NCBI GenBank assembly: GCA_002269645.1
Contig: NIVC01000390.1
Span: 310,001-374,000 of the forward strand
From: Macrostomum lignano
Taxonomy: Eukaryota
Length of the DNA: 64,000 bases
Reading direction: 5' to 3'
Part shown: positions 47,878-58,083 of the stretch, in pieces
Numbering within the stretch: the stretch's first letter is position 1
How the letters are laid out: the number at the start of each line of letters is the position of its first letter
The notes under the pieces: generated by a model
Database searches by the model: none
What the model was told of the DNA's origin: nothing
What the model saw: the letters and a program-made list of their open reading frames with translations, nothing else
Program-made: the position numbers and the translations under genes

Positions 47878-50583
47878 ATGTCCGAGCCTAAACCTGATCA
47901 GCAGCAGCAGCCGGTTGAGCCTTCGGCTCCGCCAGCTACTGCTAGTAACCAAGACAACGAGAAGCCGCAACAGCAACAGCAGCATCCGCCACCCAGGTCG
48001 AACACGCCAGTCGACTATCAATCGCTGCTGGACTCCAAGCCGACATTCGATTCGAGAAATCGGCAGCTCGGACTGGCCAGCAAATCCAACCGGCCCGAAC
48101 GCCTTGCCTTGTGCGTCGACACCTCGCCCGAATTTGCCGTCAAAACATTTCGGATGCGCAACGGCGAGACCGTGTCGCTGCTAGATTTGACCTTGAAATG
48201 TTTCCACCTGTTGGCGCAGAATAAACTGCGGCTGGGCGGCAAGCACCAGGTGTCACTGGTTGGCATGCGGGGCAATCGGATCTCCGTGCTGGAGCCGTTC
48301 ACTGATGATGCCGCCAAGCTGGCCAAGTGCGAAAAATGATCTTGCCGCTTTCGACTCTCCCCATTGCCGCTTTAGACTCTTCCCATTGCCGCTTTAGACT
48401 CTCCCCATTGCCTCTTTAGACTCTTCCCATTGCCGCTTTCGACTCTCCCCATTGCCGCTTTAGACTCTTCCCATTGCCGCTTTAGACTCTCCCCATTGCC
48501 TCTTTAGACTCTTCCCATTGCCGCTTTAGGCTCTCCCCATTGGACTCTCCACATTGCCGCTTTAGACTCTCCCCATTGCCTCTTTAGACTCTCCCCATTG
48601 CCGCTTTAGACTCTCCCCATTGCCGCTTTAGACTCTCCCCATTGCCGCTTTAGACTCTCCCCATTGCCGCTTTAGACTCTCCCCATTGCCGCTTTAGACT
48701 CTCCCCATTGGACTCTCCACATTGCCGCTTTAGACTCTCCCCATTGCCTCTTTAGACTCTCCCCATTGCCGCTTTAGACTCTCCCCATTGGACTCTCCAC
48801 ATTGCCGCTTTAGACTCTCCACATTGCCGCTTTAGACTCTCCCCATTGCCGCTTTAGACTCTCCCCATTGCCGCTTTAGACTCTCCACATTGCCGTTTTA
48901 GGCTCTCCCATTGCCTCTTTAGACTCTCCCCATTGCCGCTTTAGACTCTCCCCATTGCCTCTTAAGACTCTCCCCATTGTCGCTTTAGACTCTCCCATTG
49001 CCGCTTTAGACTCTCCCCATTGCCTCTTTAGACTCTCCCCATTGCCGCTTTAGACTCTCCCCATTGCCGCTTTAGACTCTCCCCATTGCCGCTTTAGACT
49101 CTCCCCATTGCCGCTTTAGACTCCCCCCATTGCCGCTTTAGACTCTCCCCATTGCCGCTTTAGACTCCCCCCATTGCCTCTTTAGACTCTCCCCATTGCC
49201 GCTTTAGACTCTCCCCATTGCCGCTTTAGACTCTCCCCATTGCCGCTTTAGACTCTCCCCATTGCCGCTTTAGACTCTCCCCATTGCCGCTTTAGACTCC
49301 CCCCATTGCCGCTTTAGACTCTCCCCATTGCCGCTTTAGACTCCCCCCATTGCCTCTTTAGACTCCCCCCATTGCCTCTTTAGACTCTCCCCATTGCCGC
49401 TTTAGACTCTCCACATTGCCGCTTTAGACTCTCCCCATTGCCGCTTTAGACTCTCCCCATTGCCTCTTTAGACTCTCCCCATTGCCGCTTTAGACTCTCC
49501 CCATTGCCGCTTTAGACTCTTCCCATTGCCGCTTTAGACTCTCCCCATTGCCTCTTTAGACTCTCCCCATTGCCGCTTTAGACTCTCCCCATTGGACTCT
49601 CCACATTGCCGCTTTAGACTCTCCACATTGCCGCTTTAGACTCTCCCCATTGCCGCTTTAGACTCTCCCCATTGCCGCTTTAGACTCTCCACATTGCCGT
49701 TTTAGGCTCTCCCCATTGCCTCTTTAGACTCTCCCCATTGCCGCTTTAGACTCTCCCCATTGCCGCTTTAGACTCTCCCCATTGCCGCTTTAGACTCTCC
49801 CCATTGCCTCTTTAGACTCTCCCCATTGCCGCTTTAGACTCTCCCCATTGTTGCTTTGGAATTTCCCCATTGCTGCCTCAGAAACTGCTCACAACTGCCT
49901 TACATGTAGAATAATCCCTCGTACTTTCTAAGAAACTTCCAACATTACTGGCTAAGAATCTTTCCTTAGTGACTTGTAATCTTCCAATACAGTCGCCTTA
50001 CAATCGCTGCAACTCATCCTTCGCCAGAGCCGCAGCCTCGCAAGGGCTTCGCGACCTGCTTCAACAGCCGGCCGGAGACGAGGCAGACTTCAGTCTTGAC
50101 TGCCTGCTCGAGTACGCCCGCGGCCAGTTGTGCCCGAACCGACTGCTCGTCGATAACTCGTCGCCGTCGTCCTCGGGTTCTCAGCCGAGTTTGCTGCGAA
50201 TTGTGCTACTCTGCTGCCGATCAAAGTCGCCGCCTCACATTAGCAAGCGACTATTGGAGCCTCTGCTAGCAGAGCCCGACCTGTTCTTCGACATTCTGTA
50301 CGTGCACGAGCCGCCGGCTGAGGACAATCGGGCCGAGGAGATTTTCAAGCGACTCTGCTGTCTGGAGAGCGAGCACAGCCGCTCCTACATACACGAGGTG
50401 TTGAATAATCCCACGGCGTTTTTTAATCAGGCTGCCACCTTTCTGGCTCACCCGCTGCAGCGGCCGCCTCAGTCTGACGCCAACTATCGGCTGCAGAGAC
50501 CGCCGCCGACGCCGCCACAGGAGCCTGTAGCTGGCTTGCTGCCAACCGCTACCCTCAGCCAGCAACCTGACAATACTGACTAG
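47878..50583 (+). CDS. BABAM1: BRISC and BRCA1-A complex member 1 (MERIT40/NBA1, vWA-like); exons 47878-48326, 50028-50583 (334 aa)
   Basis: PERLALCVDTS.E, F..LAQNK, FSLDCL, LLRIVLLCCRS, FFDILYVHE, FLAHPLQRPPQS.ANY. Donor aa|gtgcga and acceptor tcgccag|a join in phase 2. Confidence 0.92.
48345..49850. repeat. 22-bp minisatellite TTAGACTCTCCCCATTGCCGCT filling the BABAM1 intron, about 68 copies
   Basis: Period 22. Confidence 0.97.
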
Positions 50584-50610
50584 AGCTATATGAAGGCTGA
50601 TAGAAAATAT

Positions 50611-51258
50611 TGACTGACTGACTGACTGACTGACTGACTGACTGACTGACTGACTGACTGACTGACTGACTGACTGACTGACTGACTGACTGACTGACTG
50701 ACTGACTGACTGACTGACTGACTGACTGACTGACTGACTGACTGACTGACTGACTGACTGACTGACTGACTGACTGACTGACTGACTGACTGACTGACTG
50801 ACTGACTGACTGACTGACTGACTGACTGACTGACTGACTGACTGACTGACTGACTGACTGACTGACTGACTGACTGACTGACTGACTGACTGACTGACTG
50901 ACTGACTGACTGACTGACTGACTGACTGACTGACTGACTGACTGACTGACTGACTGACTGACTGACTGACTGACTGACTGACTGACTGACTGACTGACTG
51001 ACTGACTGACTGACTGACTGACTGACTGACTGACTGACTGACTGACTGACTGACTGACTGACTGACTGACTGACTGACTGACTGACTGACTGACTGACTG
51101 ACTGACTGACTGACTGACTGACTGACTGACTGACTGACTGACTGACTGACTGACTGACTGACTGACTGACTGACTGACTGACTGACTGACTGACTGACTG
51201 ACTGACTGACTGACTGACTGACTGACTGACTGACTGACTGACTGACTGACTGACTGAC
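50611..51258. repeat. (TGAC)162 microsatellite starting 28 bp after the BABAM1 stop
   Basis: 648 bp, uninterrupted. Confidence 0.98.
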
Positions 51259-51914
51259 TCCTTTTTTTATTACTCGTAGTTATATAATCCTAAGTTAATG
51301 GAGTGATCTGTAGCAGACTGCCAAAATAATTTTAACAAAGATTGTATGGTTCTGTTTACGTAACTTTCAGGACAAATAATTCATTGATTATCACTCAGTT
51401 GCTTAAATATGCATTTCTAATACTGTTACCCAACATTTGCCATATAATTAATCAATGCTCGTAAATTTATCCGTCGTAGCAACCTTAGTAAACTGTATAA
51501 AGACTGCACTTGATCCTGTCTAAGTAACAGAAATTCACTGATTATTTTTAAACTTCCAGCCAACGCTGCTTCTAAAGCCAATTTTCGCCAATCATCTACG
51601 ATGTTACTGTTAAAAGAATATTGATCACAGTAGGATTCCTGTGTATCTACTATAAAATATCAAAAAGTACTGGTTTTTACATGTAGATTCCGACGGTTGG
51701 AAATATACCTGTATGTAACAGTCTAACAATAAATAACTATGATAAATATTGAACTTATTTCATTGATTTGTTGTGGTATAAATGGCTTTCATTTTATATA
51801 AAATAGTCATCGCATTTCTGGGAAATTAAAGTGAAGTGTTTTTGTTGAAATTTGGGCGACCGATTCAAAAAAATTGGCATCTTATTTCTGTGAAATTAAA
51901 AACCTCTCATTTGT

Positions 51915-52165
51915 AGGAAACCGAGCCTTATTTCTAAGAAACGGGCCCTTTTTCTAAGAAACTTGTCTGTTGTAGGAAACCGGGCCCTTATTTGTAAGAA
52001 ACGTGTCTCATTTTAGGAAACGGGGCCTTTTTCTAAGAAACGTGTCTCATTTTAGGAAACGGGGCCTTTTTCTAAGAAACGTGTCTCATTTTAGGAAACG
52101 GGGCCTTATTTCTAAGAAACGTGTCTTATTTCTAGGAAACCTGCTTTTTTAAGAAACATGTCTCA
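51915..52165. repeat. About 39-bp repeat TTTTAGGAAACGGGGCCTTTTTCTAAGAAACGTGTCTCA upstream of PUS10, about 6 copies
   Basis: Read directly. Confidence 0.9.
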
Positions 52166-52220
52166 TTTCGCATTTCTAGTCTAATCTGTCCCCCTCACCA
52201 AAACTCGCCCTAACGACTTT

Positions 52221-55200
52221 ATGGCCTCTAATAATATTGCTGCAGAGGGCACAGCAGCTGAGCTGCAGTCACGGCAGGCTCCATATCTCTGCTGGCGCTG
52301 CCAGCTGCGCATCTGTCAGTCAGATTTCACCCAGCTGATGTCAGACATTGCCGCGGCCAGCAGCAAAGATTCTCAGCTAGGCGGAGACAGTCAAGAGGCG
52401 AAACGAGTGAAACTCAACGGCGATTCTCCTGCATGCACCAGCACCGAAGTCTGCAGCGCATGTCTAGGCATCCTAGCCACGCTCGACCGTCTGGATAGCG
52501 ACGTCTGCGATCTAATCGCAAACGCGGTGGCTGCCAGCGGGCACAGCTTCACCGCCTGCCGCCTATTAGTCAGCTCGCCAATTGTCTGCCTGATCCGCGA
52601 TCACGCCTGGCAACTGGCTAAGGCTGAGCAACAGTCGGTGGAGAAAATTAAGGAGGCGCCCATATCGGCGAAGGACCTGTGGAAGGCGCTGGCCAGGCAG
52701 GCTATCGAGCGGAGGCTTCTGTCTGATGGAGGTCAACAGAGTGCGTATGGGCATATGGAATATGGAATGGGCATATCTGCTTGCTAACTAACTAACTAAC
52801 TAATCAACTAACTAACTAACTAATCAACTAACTAACTAATTAACTAACTAACTAACTAATCAACTAACTAACTAAGCAGTTGGCAAACAGCTGAATAGGC
52901 AGTCCAGTTCAGTTCTGAGCTTGAGTAAAAAATAAAGGATGAGAAGAAATGTACCAACCATGAGGTCGCCTTGCAGTGGGTTAGGGGGCGTATTACTCTT
53001 AAATCTCAATATTGATAACACAAACTTCAACCGCTAATCTGCAATTGCAGCGCGTGGCGACGTGGAAACAATTCCTCTACAATTGGCGTTGGAATTTCGT
53101 TACGCTGACGATGCGTCAGAAAGTGACGACTGTCTGCGCCGTCTGTCGAGCGGCGGCGGCGGCGGCGGCAGCACCAGACACGGGGCGGCGAGTGCGCTGG
53201 CCTCGGTCAGTGCTGAAGCTTTCAAAGCCGCTCTGCCCTGTCCACCGGCTCCCGCCAGCGGCCCAGTGAAACTCATTGTAGCCGAGGTAGGGCTTCTAGT
53301 AGTTATTTGGTTGAGCGGGTTGCCTCTAAAATACCTAGAAATATTGCATGACAATAATTCTGCAACCTGTCTTAGTTCTGTAGGCTTTTAACATTGATGC
53401 TGGTCCGTTTTCTAACTTACGAGCTCCTATTAAGACAAAAGCTATGCTATTACTGTGGTTTTAGTTGTCCCAAGTTTATCATAATATTTTGAAAAGTTAC
53501 CGTACGCCAGTAACTACTCAGTTGGTTAGTAGTAGCCTGATCCCTCCGCCACTCCAGGTGAGCAAGGAGCTCATGTTTGTCGGCGGCCGCTACCGCAAAC
53601 TCTGCCGCCGGCTGCCGCAGACACCCTGGATCCTGGACGGCGAACGACGCATGGACACTAGCGTCGAAGAGTTGATCAGTCCGGCCATTGTCCGGCTTGC
53701 GAAAGCCGACTCGGCCAGCTTCGCTTCGGCCGGCCGCGAAGATGTCGACGTGCGAATGCTTGGCCGAGGCCGGCCGTTCCTGCTCAGGCTGCTCAACCCG
53801 AGAGTTGCCCGACTGACTGCGGCCGAGACTGCGGCCCTGCAGGCGGAGATCAACGCGGCCGATGATCGGGTCCAGGTGAGAATTGGTCCCGGGCTCGATT
53901 CGTAAATATTTCACTTCTATCGCTTGATTACTTTTGCGCGAGTCGATAAGAAAAATGGACAGGTTCGAGTTTCTTCTTTTAGAGGAAAGAGTCTTCCGGA
54001 TAAATATGATATTCATCGCTTGTGACATGAAAATAGAGACGTCTTTAAGCGCTGGAGCCCGATCAAATCTTAATATTAGGATATAGCTTTCTCTATTCGT
54101 ATAGAATAGACTGAGCATCAGGATGTGCTTGATTTCTAGACAATACATGCGGAAGACTTGACTTGTGTTATAACTACTTTTGTAATATACATTTTCGGAG
54201 AAACTCAACGAAGCTATGAAACAGGCAGAGATTATAACAAAATATCGAGCATTTTATCGACCTGCCGCATGATTTGTTGTAAAATTTGAAAAGTTTTTAT
54301 CTTGATGTTCAGAAAGTAGACCTAAACGTAAACCTTGTTCATCATTCTATTTTTTAATCTGCCGTGATTGTGTGCTTGTTTACTAGCATATTTCTGTTAG
54401 TCAGAATTGTCTATTTGATTGCTATGAACGAGCGCCTATCAGGGCACAGTAGTTCAGCGTCTGACTCTCATGCCACGACCCGGCTGTGGTTCGATTCCGT
54501 GTTTGGCCGGCCGCTTTCATTTGGGGCTTGTGGACGAAATTGGCCAGGAGGTTGATGTGCGATTCACAACCATGAGGACCAACCCCCCAGGCACAGAAAG
54601 TGTGTATGCCTGACAGGACTCTACGGCAAAGTCAAGGGCCTCTGTGTGAGTGTGTGCATGAGTGCGTGCCTTCGTACAGTATTGGCGCGCTTCCATGTTC
54701 TCAGGAGTCAGCGAAATGGGCTGAATTGCCGTCAGCGCTGCTTGTGGGATGATGTCGCCGCAGGCGTTGCACCAGATGTCCACAGCCCTCTTTGGAATGT
54801 TCGTTTTATTTAATAAGCGCTGATATTATTCGAACTCGCAGGTGTCGCACTTGTGCCAGGTGAACCGGGCCCATTGTGAGGCGTTGCGAGCCGGCGAAAG
54901 CGAAAAAGTGAAATGCTACTCTGCACTGTGCCGCTGCACTGGCGGGCCGCCAATCACCGCTGAGGACGCCGGCAAGCTCTCTGGTTTAGCCGCCTCAGGC
55001 CTGGTGCTGGAGCAGTCCACCCCGGTCCGCGTGCTGCACCGCCGCACCGTCGCTGTCCGCAAGCGGCGCATCCTCAGCCTCGATCTGGAGCCGCTGCCGC
55101 CCGACGCTGCTGATGCCGGCCGGCTGTTCCGCCTGCGCCTTCGCACTGAAGCCGGCGCCTACGTCAAGGAATTCGTCCACGGTGACCTCGGACGGACCCG

Positions 55201-55378
55201 ACCGTCGCTTGGCGAACTGCTGGGCGAGGGGCGGCAATGCGACCTCCTGCTGCTGGACGTTGTCGACGTGGAGCTCGACTGGCCACACGTTGGCGGCGAC
55301 GCGGCTGCGGATTCGAAAGCGGATCTGAAAGCGGACCCGGATGCAGATCTAAAAGTGGACCCGGTTGTGGATCTATAG
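52221..55378 (+). CDS. PUS10: tRNA pseudouridine synthase Pus10; exons 52221-52740, 53051-53286, 53558-53875, 54842-55378 (536 aa)
   Basis: N-terminal CxxC (LCWRC) and CSACLGIL, FVGGRYRKLCRRLPQTPW..DGER, catalytic SAGREDVDVRMLG.GRPF, GE.EKVKCY, Q.TPVRVLHRR..AVRKR, TEAGAYVKEFVHGDLGRTRPSL, DLLLLDV. Intron phases 1, 0, 0 are consistent. The start codon is less certain. Confidence 0.95.
52785..52876. repeat. (CTAA)n microsatellite in PUS10 intron 1
   Basis: Read directly. Confidence 0.95.
54440..54805 (+). mobile_element. SINE family 2 copy in PUS10 intron 3
   Basis: Same ordered motifs including the B box GGTTCGATTCCGTG. Confidence 0.72.
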
Positions 55379-56145
55379 TCTGACCCGGATGCGGATCTGA
55401 AAGTGGACCCGGATGCGGATCTGAAAGTGGACCCGGATGCGGATCTGAAAGTCGACTCGGATGTGAATCTGAAAGTGAACCCAGATGCGGATCTGAAAGT
55501 TAACCCAGATGTAGATCTGAAAGTGGACCCGGATGCGGATCTGAAAGTGAACCCAGATGTGGATCTGAAAGTGGACCCGGATGCGGATCTGAAAGTGAAC
55601 CCAGATGTGGATCTGAAAGTGGACCCGGATGCGGATCTGAAAGTGAACCCAGATGTGGATCTGAAAGTGGACCCGGATGCGGATCTGAAAGTGAACCCAG
55701 ATGTGGATCTGAAAGTGGACCCGGATGCGGATCTGAAAGTGAACCCAGATGTGGATCTGAAAGTGGACCCGGATGCGGATCTGAAAGTGAACCCAGATGT
55801 GGATCTGAAAGTGGACCCGGATGCGGATCTGAAAGTGAACCCAGATGTGGATCTGAAAGTGGACCCGGATGCGGATCTGAAAGTGAACCCAGATGTGGAT
55901 CTGAAAGTGGACCCGGATGCGGATCTGAAAGTGGACCCGGATGTGGATCTGAAAGTGAACCCAGATGCGGATCTGAAAGTGGACCCGGATGCAGATCTGA
56001 AAGTGGACCCGGGTGTGGATCTGAAAGTGGACCCGGATGCGGATCTGAAAGTCGACTCGGATGTGAATCTGAAAGTGAACCCAGATGCGGATCTGAAAGT
56101 GGACCCGGATGCGGATCTGAAAGTGGACCCGGGTGTGGATGTGAT
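55315..56145. repeat. 24-bp repeat GTG(G/A)ACCC(G/A)GATG(C/T)GGATCTGAAA (48-bp dimer) overlapping the PUS10 C-terminus and 3' UTR
   Basis: About 34 units, encoding VDPDADLK/VNPDVDLK in the PUS10 frame. Confidence 0.97.
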
Positions 56146-56669
56146 ATAAAAGCTGCCCTGATAGATAGTCAATCCGTATTTCGGTGAGAAATGGTTGTTA
56201 TTTTATGCTTCAAAAAGTTTCAACTGCTTTGCTATGGTTTGTGCGGTTGTGCCTCTTCGACATCATATAAGCTGCAGCATTTTAAATCATTTTCCAATGT
56301 TCTTTTACCGCCAACGTTTGCTCACTCAATGAGATTTTTAGTGCAAGAATAAGACTTATTCGGCATTTCTTTCTTTGTTGAATTGTTCAATCTGTTAGAG
56401 AGAGCTTTGGCTTTGACAACAATTTGGTAAATCTGGATTATTAAAATTATATATAGTACTGATACGCATGATTGACGCATCAGTTTGCTATTTGTACAAA
56501 AATAACAGCTTGCCTTGTTATTTGCCTTCTGAAGACCTGCAAGATATAGGACTTAAAAAATCAATTTCAACTTTCTACACCTCTGACACCTAGTCTTCAA
56601 GGCCTTCAACACAACAATATCAGATTAGATGTCAGATGGCAGGTTAGCTCATAAACAACATCTGCGTCA

Positions 56670-57225
56670 CAAGGCCAAATGCCGTTAGAATGCTTGCAGC
56701 GTCGGCAGCAGCACCTCCTGCACCGGTTTCGGGCAGTAAAACTCCGTGCGGATGATCTGGCTTGCCAGCTGTAGTCTCCTATGGCGCAACAGGTCACTTG
56801 GACGGACCAGACCGATCTTGAAAACTCGCTAGTCGCCGATCTTAAAGGCGGCGCGCAGCAGGTCAACGTGCACCGCGTCAACTTCCTGTTCAAGCATTCG
56901 AGAGCCCGCAGCGTCCAGATCTTAGCGTTGTCCAGCAAGACGGTCTCTACCACCTCCTGGAACAAAACCGCTCCTCTGGCGGTCAGCTAGGGCCTCGGAT
57001 TGCTGGACTGCCCTCACAGAACGAAAGGCAGTCCAGGCGGCGCCACAGATCCTCGCGGACGTCGTGAACCAGACCTCTGAGGTAGGCGAATTGCTGATAT
57101 CGTGGAAGTTCCGTCTCCAGCAGGGTGAAATCGTCAGCGTAGCCAAGCACGCTGAGCCGCCTCTCCAGTTGGCGTTGACCCACGCGTCACCATGGCAGAA
57201 AACCGTCGTCATGGCAAGGAAGAGC
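56670..57225 (-). mobile_element. Decayed RTE-clade LINE reverse-transcriptase fragment
   Basis: Three broken frames: RRLSVLGYADDFTLL (RT YADD at 57130-57141), LFQEVVETVLLDNAKIWTL (RTE LF...VE.VLLY..E.WTL motif), and VDAVHVDLLRAAFKI...RHRRLQLASQIIR (RTE C-terminal motif). Confidence 0.8.
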
Positions 57226-57685
57226 ACTCCACATCACCGAGTCAAGCACCAGAACAAATAAGAACGGCTTTTAACTTCTATCTCACTATTAATACATTTG
57301 AGCCAAAATTGTGCCTTGTGAGCTTCTAATGAATTTTTACCCTTTTAACTTTGCTCTCGTAATCCATTCTGTGAATATTCCACTGCTCCACTGCTTTCAA
57401 CTGAATTTTATTGACCATACCAGAAGACAAGCGATTAAAGAGCTGGGTGCAACGCTGAAGCCATATTTTTGTTCATCTTTCAGGATGAAGTTTTTTTCGG
57501 GAAAATAAGATAACACTTTTTCGATTATCAAGGTCGACTACTTCATACAGCATGAATAAAAATTGTACAATTCAGCATCGGACCAGCGTCGCTTCCCTGC
57601 TTCACACTTTTAAATGTGCTGCATTCTCCAACCTGCTGTCTAGTGCTCCCGTTGAGAAAAAAGCAAAAGATACTGCAGGATACAG

Positions 57686-57870
57686 AGTTAGGATTGAGTT
57701 AGGATTGAGTTAGGATGAGTTAGGATTATAACATTGGTATTTGGTGAGAGTGAGGTGGGTTTCTAACGGGGCTAGAAAGTGAGGTGGGTGTCCAACGGGG
57801 CTTGGGAGTGAGGTGGGTGTTCCGCGTAGGGAGTGAGGTGGGTGTCTATCTGAGTGAGAGGGAATGAGTG
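57686..57870. repeat. Short G-rich repeats (GTTAGGATTGA and GTGAGGTGGGTGT-containing units)
   Basis: About 4 copies each. Confidence 0.75.
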
Positions 57871-58083
57871 GGGTGTCGATCGGAGTCGAGAGGGACTAAG
57901 ATTATGAGAAATAGTAACGAAGACTATTGGTTCGGGTTTGTATACAAATCGACAAAAAAGAGGAATATTTGGAAAGCAAAAAGTAGTTAGTAATTTAGCA
58001 GATGTAAATAGATTATGCGGTAGCATTTCGTCGATCTTGTCACGAAAATGCTGCTAAAAATGCAGTGCTGCCGGACCGCACGG

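Noticed and set aside
53450-54208. 252-aa minus-strand ORF, and other antisense ORFs over GC-rich exons (26576-27283, 38265-38722, 13560-14183, 58169-59469)
   Set aside because: They are shadow frames of real exons, with no independent motifs.
56606-57227. Terminal exon of the minus-strand ZU5 gene or an independent gene
   Set aside because: The protein-like segments lie in three different frames with stops and match RTE reverse-transcriptase motifs.
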